Below, one piece after another: positions 8,601 to 16,567 of a stretch of 26,790 nucleotides of DNA. Below the pieces are notes generated by a model. The model was given only the letters and a program-made list of their open reading frames with translations, was not told the DNA's origin and did no database searches. The first letter of the stretch is position 1; the number at the start of each line of letters is the position of its first letter. This DNA comes from Woeseiaceae bacterium (GTDB taxonomy: Bacteria > Pseudomonadota > Gammaproteobacteria > Steroidobacterales > Woeseiaceae), in NCBI GenBank assembly GCA_036444875.1, contig JAZFPY010000157.1, positions 1 through 26,790 of the forward strand, in the 5' to 3' direction. A program made the position numbers and the translations under genes.

Positions 8601-9452
8601 ATCGCCGGCTGCGAGATCCGTGACGACCAGATTTCCGGTAGCGCTACGAATCCCGTCCTCCGAGAGCTCCAGCCAAAGACTCAGATCAGCCCGGCCCGAC
8701 CTCACGAGCGGAAATTCCGCTGGTTGAAAACGTGTCCAGCCGGCGACTTCCAGGGACCTGCCTTCAACAAAGAACTGCCACACGCCATTCTCGGCCGCAT
8801 CTTCAAGGCGCTTGTTTGCTGACAACGCGATTCGCTCGCCGAGCTCGTCCGGCAAATCGACAGTCGCCTCGATATCAAGCCGCAGCTCATCGCGCAGCAC
8901 CTGCAGGCGGTCAATTATCAGCTCGAGTGCCTCCTCGGCTCCCGGAGGCCAGTAGTCCAGGCTGATGTCCTGACCGATAACAGTCACCGCAGCGCCGGCA
9001 CCTTCCGGCAAGTCCTTTCTGAGGCCAATCAGTTCTTCAAGGGGGACGCCCTGCAACAGCCAGGCACCATCATCTGCCTGCCGCAGATCAAGGCTGGTAT
9101 CTCTAATTAGCACCCGGTCGACGACCAGCTCACGGTCAACAAGCAGACGCATCAGGCCGACGCCAATGCTTAGTTCCTCGACGCCGAGCAGGCTGTCCGA
9201 ACCATCCGGCCGCATGAGTTCAGCGTTGTAAAAGTTGAGCTCAGGCCCACTCAATCGCCAGCGCGCATCCATGCCGGTGAATTCAACCTGCATGCCGATC
9301 GCCGCACTGGCCCAGTTCTTTATTTCCTCCTGGTATTCCGGAAGTCGTGGCAGCATCAGCCGGAACAACCCGACCGCAATTGCAAGAAGAATAACGATAG
9401 CCGCCGCGAAGTAAGCGAGATACTTGGCCAATCGTTGTAGCAGTTGCTTCAT
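5604..9452 (-). CDS. yhdP: YhdP/AsmA-like large envelope lipid-transport protein (1282 aa)
   Basis: N-terminal TM anchor followed by RLMLPRLPEYQ, a long beta-rich body, and C-terminal LPRRLALDFRDV..GFGFD.ITG.F. It sits in the usual rng-yhdP-nit-tldD position. Confidence 0.92.
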   Translation of the reverse strand: MKQLLQRLAKYLAYFAAAIVILLAIAVGLFRLMLPRLPEYQEEIKNWASAAIGMQVEFTGMDARWRLSGPELNFYNAELMRPDGSDSLLGVEELSIGVGLMRLLVDRELVVDRVLIRDTSLDLRQADDGAWLLQGVPLEELIGLRKDLPEGAGAAVTVIGQDISLDYWPPGAEEALELIIDRLQVLRDELRLDIEATVDLPDELGERIALSANKRLEDAAENGVWQFFVEGRSLEVAGWTRFQPAEFPLVRSGRADLSLWLELSEDGIRSATGNLVVTDLAAGDAIDNVSFDIQGRFEFSHDPGGWLLAADNFRLQTAAGEWPNSSIRVDVTTDTSGKILAMNARASFISLDNLKLLSPWLPARQRSMLDAYGPSGIVHGFELGLADLESESVRFDLSAELEEAGIRARDKWPGVSGFSGQIRADRSGGRVEIETSDLRLDMPEFLAEPIDFDDAIGTVIWRRNNETTIILSDSVRIRNAELDTRSSLQVSLPANGGSPVIDFVSNWNITDLSAVPRYLPGKLMKANLYAWFNNALVAGRVPRGTVRFTGPLDKFPFEGGEGIFRVEAQIEDLALRYHPDWPMVEQVNADIIVDNMHFYSNHADGTTLGNATAGARVEIADLRKPVLTVDAYATGTLETIRQLSIQSPIANVFGGQLDRIRVDGEASFDLQLRYPLGDKLNYAFTVGVRSNNGRLSIDGFTPPLTELSGLVTVTRDIIQSESLTGRFLGEPVSIDLARAADDMPKYSIIASATGIVTGEGLIGELGLPVAGRLRGSTPYSARILFPRGGTEEPVPLHIAVETNLEGLAVVMPVPVGKAPGETRPLSLHIEFPGSDRIDSFGSSAEDFKWSVSFLKEQEQWDFDRGVIAVGGAELTEPETRGLHIVGETPEVRLNEWLNMRSEESDRPGLGERIRSIDLIVDDLYAVGQHFSRHRVRVDRGAEEWLIELDGEGAVGSLVVPYDFSGDKSLVIDMARLILPGRDEVERDDTDLTDPRTLPPLSIKVEDFALGLRHFGALEAEFIRIESGLEAVSITSRDDSFELSGVGRWVVDPADDAGQRSYLTAKLISTDIKQTTARLNYQPGIVGQDMEVDIDVSWPGGPREDILAHLDGNIGIRLGSGQLDEVEPGAGRVFGLLSVVALPRRLALDFRDVLGKGFGFDEITGNFRVVSGETFTCDLSLKSPAADIGIVGRAGLASRDYEQSAMVSASLGNTLPIVGAVVAGPGVAAALLIFSQIFKKPLQDMGQIYYRIGGSFDEPTMEVTDAEQFTKTYEAAGCLQQAE

Positions 9453-9474
9453 AAGCGTCTTAAGTCCGACCCGG

Positions 9475-10956
9475 TCATATCAACACAACGTCAAACTGGT
9501 CCTGCAAGTACAGGGACTCGGGTTGCAGGCGAACCGTCTTGCCGGTCTGTTCTTCAAGTTCGGCGAGCGCGTTCGACTGCCCGTCGAGCAACAACTCGAT
9601 CACGTCCTGATGCGCCAAAACAAGAATTTCGTCGAACGTAAACTGCCGGTGTTGCCTGATGACCTCCCGAAATACTTCGAAACACACGGTCTCGGCCGTC
9701 ATGATAAAACCGCGACCATCGCAATGGGGACAATCTTCGCAAAGAATATGTTGCAAGCTCTCCCGCGTCCGTTTGCGTGTCATCTCAACCAGGCCCAGCG
9801 GCGACACAGCTGTGATCTGGTGCCGGGCATGGTCGCGGAGAAGCGATTGCTGCAGCGCCTGCATGACTCTTTGCCGGTGTCCTTCTTCTTCCATGTCGAT
9901 GAAATCGATGATGATGATGCCACCCAGGTTTCTCACCCGCAGCTGCCGCGCAATCGTGACCGCCGCCTCCAGGTTCGTCCGGTATATCGTCTCCTCGAGA
10001 TTGCGATGACCCACATACCCGCCCGTATTAACATCGACCGTCGTCATCGCCTCCGTCTGATCGAAAATTACATAGCCGCCGGACTTCAGCGGAATACTCC
10101 TGTCCAGCGCTTTCTTGATTTCGTCCTCGGTGCCATGAAGATCGAATATCGGCCGGCGCCGCGTGTAGAGCTCGAGCATTGGCTCCACTTCCGGCAGAAA
10201 AGTAGCCGCAAAGGACTTCATTGCGTTGAAGTCCTGCTCCGAGTCCACACGAATACGTCCGACATCGCTGGTCACAAGGTCCCGCAAAACTCTGGCCGGC
10301 AGTGGCAAATCTTCATGCACGAGTGTTTTTACCTTACCTTTCCTGCACTGTTCCTGAACGACTGCCCAGAGTTTCCGCAAAAACTTCATGTCTGCCCGCA
10401 GGGCGTCGTCGGCGGCGCCTTCCGCGGCCGTCCTGGCGATGACCCCGCAGGGGAAGTCGACCAGCAGTTCCCCAAGAAACTCGCGCAGGCGCTCACGCTC
10501 ATCCTGGTCCTCGATACGTGCCGAAATCCCGACGCTGTCGCCAGCGGGCAGGAGAACCAGATATCGCGACGGCAGCGTGATGAATGTGGTCAGGCGCGCA
10601 CCCTTGTTGCCGAGAGGGTCTTTCACAACCTGCACAGGGATTTCCTCACCTTCGTGCACGAGTTCCCTGATGTCCGGCAGTGGAATATCGTTGTCCTCGT
10701 CATCTACACGTCTTGACCGGGCGATATCCGAGGCATGCAGGAATGCGGTGCGTTCCAGTCCGATGTCGACAAAGGCGGCTTGCATACCCGGCAGGACGCG
10801 CGACACACGACCCTTGTAGATGTTGCTCACCAGGCCACGGCGGGCAGCGCGTTCGATATATACCTCCTGAAGAATGCCGTTCTCGAGCAACGCTGCACGC
10901 ACCTCACTGGGTGTCACATTGACGAGAATTTCCTCTTTTGGCGATTCATCAGTCAT
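9475..10956 (-). CDS. rng: Ribonuclease G
   Basis: S1 region GLVSNIYKGRVSRVLPGMQAAFVDIG, catalytic region EAMTTVDVNTG, and RNLGGIIIIDFIDM. At 493 aa it lacks the RNase E C-terminal scaffold. Confidence 0.96.
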   Translation of the reverse strand: MTDESPKEEILVNVTPSEVRAALLENGILQEVYIERAARRGLVSNIYKGRVSRVLPGMQAAFVDIGLERTAFLHASDIARSRRVDDEDNDIPLPDIRELVHEGEEIPVQVVKDPLGNKGARLTTFITLPSRYLVLLPAGDSVGISARIEDQDERERLREFLGELLVDFPCGVIARTAAEGAADDALRADMKFLRKLWAVVQEQCRKGKVKTLVHEDLPLPARVLRDLVTSDVGRIRVDSEQDFNAMKSFAATFLPEVEPMLELYTRRRPIFDLHGTEDEIKKALDRSIPLKSGGYVIFDQTEAMTTVDVNTGGYVGHRNLEETIYRTNLEAAVTIARQLRVRNLGGIIIIDFIDMEEEGHRQRVMQALQQSLLRDHARHQITAVSPLGLVEMTRKRTRESLQHILCEDCPHCDGRGFIMTAETVCFEVFREVIRQHRQFTFDEILVLAHQDVIELLLDGQSNALAELEEQTGKTVRLQPESLYLQDQFDVVLI

Positions 10957-10957
10957 G

Positions 10958-11551
10958 CTATTGATCCGAATCCAGGGGCAATATGACCAGGCCTGCCTTG
11001 CTCAGGAGTTCTGCCGTTTCGAAAACAGGCAGACCGACGACCCCGGAATAACTTCCCGAAATATACTCAACGAAGATGCCACCGATACCCTGCACCGCAT
11101 AGGCGCCCGCCTTGTCGCGTGGCTCTCCACTTTGCCAGTAGGCAGATGCCTCGTCGTGACTGATCTCCCGGAATCGTACTTCCGTAACCGACGTTACGCT
11201 CATGACCTCACCCGCGTAGTCGAGCGCGACCCCGGTCAATACCGTGTGCACCCGGCCGGACAGGGAGGTCAGCATCTCCACCGCCTCGCCCTCAGACTCG
11301 GGTTTACCGAGCACATGATCGTCCACGGCCACGGCGGTATCCGCGCCAAGCACAGGTATCGACCGGTCCACTGTCGCGCGCGCCGCGCCAACCTTCGCCA
11401 CCGCCAGCCGAACCACCATATCAGCGACCGGCTCACCATCGTAGCGCGTTTCGTCGATATCGACGCCGGCTGCCGTGAATCTGATGCCCATCGCCGCGAG
11501 GATTTCATGGCGCCTCGGCGATGACGATGCGAGGTGAATGTCCGTTCTCAT
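10958..11551 (-). CDS. maf: Maf family nucleoside triphosphate pyrophosphatase (YhdE-like)
   Basis: LASSSPRR, GADTAV, VLGKP and DKAGAYAVQG motifs; directly upstream of rng. Confidence 0.94.
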   Translation of the reverse strand: MRTDIHLASSSPRRHEILAAMGIRFTAAGVDIDETRYDGEPVADMVVRLAVAKVGAARATVDRSIPVLGADTAVAVDDHVLGKPESEGEAVEMLTSLSGRVHTVLTGVALDYAGEVMSVTSVTEVRFREISHDEASAYWQSGEPRDKAGAYAVQGIGGIFVEYISGSYSGVVGLPVFETAELLSKAGLVILPLDSDQ

Positions 11552-11625
11552 CGGCGCACGCCCGAATGTTTCATCAGGTGATCAAAAGCCAAGCGAGAGT
11601 GCAGCATACTGATGATAAATCCGGG

Positions 11626-12096
11626 CTATGCCCGATGGTAGGGATGTGCCGTCGAGACCGTCCAGGCCCTGTAGAGCTGCTCCACGCACAGCACCCGAGC
11701 CAGTCCGTGGGGCAGGGTCAGCCTCGATAACGACCAGCGAAAATCTGCTCGCTCCAGGCAGGACTTCGAGACGCCGTCAGGCCCGCCGATGACAAAGCAG
11801 AGATCCCTGCCCGCCGCTTGCCACACCGACAATTCCTCCGCCAGTTCAACGCTGGAAAGCTCGGTGCCGCGCTCATCGAGTACAACCAGCTGCTCGCCGG
11901 CTTTGACCTTCCCCAGGACCTTCTGTCCTTCCGCCTCAACGGCACCGAGAGGATCAGCACTTTTTGAGCGATGACCGGTCGCCACCGTGTCCAGTCGGAA
12001 CTTCCATTGCCGCGGCAATCGCTGGACGTAACCGTCAAAGGCGTCAGAGACCCAGGATGGCTGCCGATCGCCGACCACAATTAATCGGATGTGCAT
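11626..12096 (-). CDS. rlmH: 23S rRNA m3-pseudouridine-1915 methyltransferase
   Basis: LDERG, FVIGGPDG, SLSRLTLPHGLARV..EQLYRA and terminal HPYHR. Confidence 0.96.
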   Translation of the reverse strand: MHIRLIVVGDRQPSWVSDAFDGYVQRLPRQWKFRLDTVATGHRSKSADPLGAVEAEGQKVLGKVKAGEQLVVLDERGTELSSVELAEELSVWQAAGRDLCFVIGGPDGVSKSCLERADFRWSLSRLTLPHGLARVLCVEQLYRAWTVSTAHPYHRA

Positions 12097-12099
12097 GTC

Positions 12100-12453
12100 T
12101 CACCCGTCTGTCGCAGCCATGTCGCCTGATACGGTCAGCGACCAGAGCTTTTCAAGCTGATAAAACTCACGGACGCGCGGCAGCATGACATGAACGAGCG
12201 CATCCTGGAGATCAAGGAGAACCCATTCGCTGCCATCCTCACCTTCTATTCCTTGAGGGCGATGACCCGCTTCTTTTGATTTTTCCGCGACGGCGTCAGC
12301 CAGCGCCTTGACGTGACGACTCGACGTTCCACTTGCCACAATCATGTAGTCAGTGACCGTGGTTAGCTTCCTTACATCAAGCTTGACGATATCTTTGGCT
12401 TTTACCTCTTCTAACGCATCTACGACAAGGTCGCTGAGTTGTTTGCTATTCAT
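12100..12453 (-). CDS. rsfS: Ribosome silencing factor
   Basis: KAKDIVKLDV, TDYMIVASGTSSRHVKAL, WVLLDL.D..VHVM...REFYQLEKLW. Confidence 0.96.
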   Translation of the reverse strand: MNSKQLSDLVVDALEEVKAKDIVKLDVRKLTTVTDYMIVASGTSSRHVKALADAVAEKSKEAGHRPQGIEGEDGSEWVLLDLQDALVHVMLPRVREFYQLEKLWSLTVSGDMAATDG

Positions 12454-12518
12454 TCATCATTCCGAAAATGACTCATTCCAAATTCTGTGCTGCAGCCAAG
12501 CAACGATCAGGTGACGTG

Positions 12519-13190
12519 TCAGCCCTCGTTAACTGCATCTGTCACGACGTTTTCATCTGCCGCGTAGCAACCGCTTTGATCAATCAATTCACGCACACCG
12601 TCAGGCATGAGGAACCGTGGATCCCGCCGGGCAGCAACCAGATCGCGAATTTCACTTGACGAGATCTCGAGCTGGGTGACGTCATGAATAATAATATGTC
12701 CTGCTATTGCCTGATGGAGGTCTGCTATTCGGTGCGTACCTCTGTCGGCCAGCAATTCGCCGAGTGGCCCTATGTCGGGTGCTCGCCAGCCTGGCCGGTG
12801 TGCAACGACGATATGCGCCAGCTGCAGAATCTCGCGCCAGTGGTGCCACTTCGGCAACCCCAGGAACGCGTCCATGCCAATGATCAGACCAAGAGGACGC
12901 AGCGGAAACTCCTCCCGCAACGCCGTTAAAGTGTCCACAGAATACGACGGGCCATCACGCAACAGCTCCCGGTCGTCGACGACAAAACCAGCTTGAGCTT
13001 CGATCGCCACCTTCACCATTTTCAGACGCAATGCGGCATCGGCAATCGGCTCACCCCTGTGCGGCGGATTGCGGCAGGGCATAAACCTCACTTCACCGAA
13101 ACTCAGTGCCTGCAGCATTTCGAATGCCGTGCGTAAATGCCCGTAGTGAATTGGGTCGAAAGTACCGCCAAAAATACCCATCGGGCTCAT
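12519..13190 (-). CDS. nadD: Nicotinate-nucleotide adenylyltransferase
   Basis: GIFGGTFDPIHYGHL, GPSYSVDTL and ISSSEIR. Start ATG 13190 has GAGG upstream; the ORF-track start at 13301 overlaps holA. Confidence 0.95.
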   Translation of the reverse strand: MSPMGIFGGTFDPIHYGHLRTAFEMLQALSFGEVRFMPCRNPPHRGEPIADAALRLKMVKVAIEAQAGFVVDDRELLRDGPSYSVDTLTALREEFPLRPLGLIIGMDAFLGLPKWHHWREILQLAHIVVAHRPGWRAPDIGPLGELLADRGTHRIADLHQAIAGHIIIHDVTQLEISSSEIRDLVAARRDPRFLMPDGVRELIDQSGCYAADENVVTDAVNEG

Positions 13191-13230
13191 CGGTGTGGTC
13201 CTCGGCGGTAGTCGCGTGAACTCATCTGCT

Positions 13231-14250
13231 TCATGCGGCTTTGGCGCTTCCCATCGCAAGGCCCAGGACGATGTCCGTTGCCAATAGCCAGACGTCCTCA
13301 CCTGACTGGCCCTTTGCGGCAGCGTCGGCTCGCCGCGCGACTTTCAGCAGGCGGTAAAAGTCAGTTGCCCGGTGGCGGGCCACGCACGACCTGACGATAC
13401 CCTGGCGGTTGCGCCAGACTCCCGATTTCTGCAACGCCGAACCCAGTTCAACGCCTGACTGCACCATATGGGCCAGCCTGCCCAGGGTCCGCAGCTCCCG
13501 TGTAAGGGCCCACATGACAATGACCGGTTCAATACCTTCTGCCCGGACACCGCCGAGAATACGCAGCGCCCTGGCGGGCTCACCACCGACCGCAGCATCG
13601 GCCAGTTTGTACACGTCGTAACGACTGCTGTTGGCAACGGCTTCATTAACATCGTCGGCGGAAACAGGTCCCTCGCCCAGCAGCAATCGCAACTTTTCGA
13701 TTTCCTGGTCGGCTGCGAGCAGATTTCCTTCTACACGATCCGCGATCAGTCTGACTGCATTTCTGTCCGGTGTGAGACCCGTCTTTTGCATTCGCTTGCT
13801 TATCCAGGACGGCAATTCGCGCCGGTCGACGGGCCACACCTGCACCAGTGCGCCCCGGCTTTCTATGGCCCTGGCCCATTTCGATGCCGCCGCGCTCCGG
13901 TCCAGCTTAGGGGCGCTGACCAGGACAAGCAGGTCGTCCGCAGCGTTCTGCAGCAATTCCACAATAGTGGCGCCGCCCTGCCGCCCGGGTTTTCCGGTTG
14001 GCAAGCGCAATTCAATGATTCGCTTTTCCGCAAACAGGGACCTGTTTGCGCCGGCGCCATTCAGTTCCGCCCAGTTAAAATCCGTGCCCGCAACATACAG
14101 TTCACGCGCACCAAATCCCTGCTGCCGGGCGCCGCTCCGGATGGCGTCAAGCGCTTCCTGGACGAGCAGCGGCTCGGCACCAGTCACCAGATAGCAGGGC
14201 AACAGCCCTTTTTTGACGCTCGACGAAAGTTGATTAGGCGGGATTTTCAC
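13231..14250 (-). CDS. holA: DNA polymerase III delta subunit
   Basis: YLVTGAEPLLVQEA, SLFAEKRIIELRL and VEGNLLAADQEIEKL; directly upstream of nadD. Confidence 0.94.
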   Translation of the reverse strand: MKIPPNQLSSSVKKGLLPCYLVTGAEPLLVQEALDAIRSGARQQGFGARELYVAGTDFNWAELNGAGANRSLFAEKRIIELRLPTGKPGRQGGATIVELLQNAADDLLVLVSAPKLDRSAAASKWARAIESRGALVQVWPVDRRELPSWISKRMQKTGLTPDRNAVRLIADRVEGNLLAADQEIEKLRLLLGEGPVSADDVNEAVANSSRYDVYKLADAAVGGEPARALRILGGVRAEGIEPVIVMWALTRELRTLGRLAHMVQSGVELGSALQKSGVWRNRQGIVRSCVARHRATDFYRLLKVARRADAAAKGQSGEDVWLLATDIVLGLAMGSAKAA

Positions 14251-14318
14251 ACAAAAAACAGGAATGTAGTTTGGGCCTGATGATACATGGCAGCAATAGC
14301 ACCAACCAGACTCCCGGC

Positions 14319-14573
14319 TTAGTCAAGCTGATTGAGCGCAACGGACGCGCCCTCGAGCAGCACGGGAATACCATCATTGATGGGATACATGATCTTGCCG
14401 TCATCGGTCACCAGGGCCTCTTTGAGAGACTTGGACAATAGGGCGCCGTCCCGGTTCGTGAGCCTGCCTTCACTGATCGCTGTATTGATCTTCTTGAGGT
14501 GGTCGGGCCGCAGCACACTCAGGCCTTTATGTGTCACGGGACAGCAGAGAACTGAAAGCAGTCGTTTATTCAT
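14319..14573 (-). CDS. Trm112-like (YcaR/UPF0434) protein, long form
   Basis: LLSVLCCPVT at the N-terminus and YPINDGIPVLL near the C-terminus. Confidence 0.85.
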   Translation of the reverse strand: MNKRLLSVLCCPVTHKGLSVLRPDHLKKINTAISEGRLTNRDGALLSKSLKEALVTDDGKIMYPINDGIPVLLEGASVALNQLD

Positions 14574-14626
14574 CGTTATCGAAGACAGTAGAAACCTTTA
14601 AGATACAGTAACTTGTGTTTTGTTTT

Positions 14627-14649
14627 GTTATGTTATACTATTTTGTTAT
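14627..14649 (+). promoter_or_regulatory. Extended -10 promoter (TGtTATACT, 14631-14639) overlapped by a Zur-box-like sequence
   Basis: GTTATGTTATA-C-TATTTTGTTAT against the gammaproteobacterial Zur consensus GAAATGTTATA-W-TATAACATTTC: left half 9/11, right half 5/11. It lies in an AT-rich divergent intergenic region. Confidence 0.45.
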
Positions 14650-14718
14650 CTACCGACCGTTGCAAAGGCCGGCACTTTGGGAGCAATTCCCTTTTACGGA
14701 GCATAGCGGCAAGCGACC

Positions 14719-15138
14719 ATGGATGACAATTCTTCAAGAGCGACGGGGCTACTGGACAACGCCGCTGTCGCGCTGTCCGGACTCTGCTTGCTGCACTGCC
14801 TCGCCCTGCCAATGGTAATTGCAGTGCTGCCGTTTCTGGGTCAGTTCGGCGAAGGTCATTTTCATGTTCAGATGCTCATTGCCGTCGTGCCCGCCAGCAT
14901 TATTGCTTTTTCGTTAGGGTTTCGCCGCCACCGCAGCAGGAGTGTTGTCGCCTGGGGCGGAGTTGGCGTGTTGCTCCTGATGCTTGGCGGGACTATCGCA
15001 CACGGTTCGTACGGCATCGTCGCTGATCGCCTGTTGACGATTTGCGGAGTCTTGATTCTCGCTGCCGCACATTATTTCAACAATCGCTTTTCGCGCCATC
15101 GCCAGTACAACGACGAGGCAGTTCTCATCAATACCTGA
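14719..15138 (+). CDS. MerC-domain membrane protein (metal-related, no mer operon)
   Basis: LD.AAVALSGLCLLHCLALP motif, four hydrophobic segments, and C-terminal AAAHYFN.R. Confidence 0.85.
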   Translation: MDDNSSRATGLLDNAAVALSGLCLLHCLALPMVIAVLPFLGQFGEGHFHVQMLIAVVPASIIAFSLGFRRHRSRSVVAWGGVGVLLLMLGGTIAHGSYGIVADRLLTICGVLILAAAHYFNNRFSRHRQYNDEAVLINT

Positions 15139-15147
15139 CGGCCTAAT

Positions 15148-15207
15148 CCGCCTGAGGCGGTATTGTGGCTGTGACGATTAATGCGGATTGATCTTTAGTG
15201 ATCCGCA
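15148..15207. terminator. Two hairpins between convergent genes, possible terminators
   Basis: CCGCC-TGA-GGCGG (15148-15160) followed by TATTGT, and TGCGGAT..12 nt..ATCCGCA (15182-15207). U-tracts are weak. Confidence 0.35.
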
Positions 15208-15221
15208 GGTCCCGGAGTTGA

Positions 15222-16277
15222 TCATTCACCATAGTGGTCCAATTCCTTCAGGTATTTTATGAGGTCCTCGTTACCCTGACGTTCAGCCGCCGCCAGCGCC
15301 GCACCCCTGTCTTTTGCCAGCGGTTTGAATCGCTTGTTCTCGAGCAGACAGCGACTCATCAATTTTAGCGCCTCGACATCCCGTTGCTCGAGCAGCAGCC
15401 TGGTCAAGTACATTTGCGCAAGAAAGAGCGCGGCGTCTGTCGACTCCCATTTCAACATCTGCACAAAGAACCATCGGTAGGCCGCGTCAATATCGATTTC
15501 ATTTTCGATCCACCGGTAAAGATGCTGCAATCCGCCCGCCCGGTTGCCGCGGCTGACAAAGCCATAGGCATGGTTGAGCGCTTTTGTTCGGTCGCGTGTC
15601 AGCTCGGCGTCCAGTTGCTCTGCATCGGGTTCCCGTGCCAGCGGCAAATCTACCTTGATCGCCGCGATATTCTCATGCAACACGCTGCCCGTCAGTGTAA
15701 ACATGAGAAACGACGCGTACATCGCAGCAGCTCTTGTCAGTACATAGGGCGTATCGAGAATAACGAGATACGAGATCAGAACGGATATTGCGGCAATGAT
15801 CAAAGGAATCATCACATAATCGCGGCCACAGGCTTTTACAAGGACGAATATTGCTGCCGGATTGACGCTCTCGACTGGCGAATGTGTCATAGCGAGAACG
15901 GCCATCGATGCGGGAAACAGAAAAAGAACGAGCACACCTGGCACCAGAGCTGCCGCAAAAGACAGGTTCCTGGCCAGAAAATACTCTCCCACTACCACGA
16001 GGCAGAGGAGTACGAGCGGAAACAGGCCCCAAAAGTTTTCAAACCAATTAATGAGCTCGACACCGATAGCTGGTGCCTCCTGGCCCTTCGCCCTCGCTTC
16101 CAGCAAAATTAAGAGGTATCTGAAGTATACAGGCAGCATGATAGCGCCCAGGAAGATACCAAGCAGTCCCACAGCTTCAATAAATATTTCAAGGATAAAA
16201 AAAATAATCAGGGCGAGGACGACAGCCATATCCGTAAGTGGATACAGAATCTCCCTGATAATTGCCGGAGTTTTCAG
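15222..16277 (-). CDS. Multi-pass membrane protein with a soluble helical C-terminal domain, function unknown (loosely DUF4013-like)
   Basis: About 5-6 hydrophobic segments followed by a polar helical region. The frame is open upstream of ATG 16229 to a CTG at 16277 that overlaps the yidD stop (CTGA), adding [15 protein letters not shown]. Confidence 0.8.
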   Translation of the reverse strand: MKTPAIIREILYPLTDMAVVLALIIFFILEIFIEAVGLLGIFLGAIMLPVYFRYLLILLEARAKGQEAPAIGVELINWFENFWGLFPLVLLCLVVVGEYFLARNLSFAAALVPGVLVLFLFPASMAVLAMTHSPVESVNPAAIFVLVKACGRDYVMIPLIIAAISVLISYLVILDTPYVLTRAAAMYASFLMFTLTGSVLHENIAAIKVDLPLAREPDAEQLDAELTRDRTKALNHAYGFVSRGNRAGGLQHLYRWIENEIDIDAAYRWFFVQMLKWESTDAALFLAQMYLTRLLLEQRDVEALKLMSRCLLENKRFKPLAKDRGAALAAAERQGNEDLIKYLKELDHYGE

Positions 16278-16567
16278 TTTCCGGGTTCCGAATTACTATT
16301 CGCTTCCCTAGCCGGTACCGGGTCGTATCCCGAACCGCCCCAGGGATGACACCTTGCGATTCGTTTCAGTACCAGCCATCCCCCCTTGCATCCACCATAT
16401 TCGCGCAGCGCCTGGTCGGCATAAGCAGAACAGCTGGGTTCGAAACGGCAATTGGCACCCAGCAAGGGCGACAGGCCTGTTCGATAGAGCCAGACGAGGC
16501 CGAGCAAGGGCCACGCAATGAGCCGCCCGCTACTCTTCACGCCGTTCGCACCGTCAGGCGCAGACAT
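16274..16567 (-). CDS. yidD: Membrane protein insertion efficiency factor YidD
   Basis: YR...[45 protein letters not shown] signature. ATG 16567 overlaps the cysS stop (TGATG). Confidence 0.93.
   Translation of the reverse strand: MSAPDGANGVKSSGRLIAWPLLGLVWLYRTGLSPLLGANCRFEPSCSAYADQALREYGGCKGGWLVLKRIARCHPWGGSGYDPVPAREANSNSEPGN

Noticed and set aside
9424-10716. 430-aa + strand ORF in the track
   Set aside because: Fully antisense to rng with no recognisable motifs; the typical open shadow frame of GC-rich coding DNA.
11552-11625. Hammerhead ribozyme (CTGATGA on the - strand at 11577-11571)
   Set aside because: No stem II followed by GAAA, and no stems I/III can be formed.
12506-12515. Short palindrome TGAC-GT-GTCA upstream of rsfS
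   Set aside because: Only 4+4 bp, a single occurrence, and no matching regulator motif; expected by chance.
13191-13301. N-terminal extension of NadD (260-aa ORF-track version)
   Set aside because: It overlaps holA, and a good RBS precedes ATG 13190, which gives a normal-length NadD.
14719-15138. Mercury-resistance locus
   Set aside because: No merR, merA, merP or merT nearby; stand-alone MerC-domain genes are not evidence of Hg resistance.
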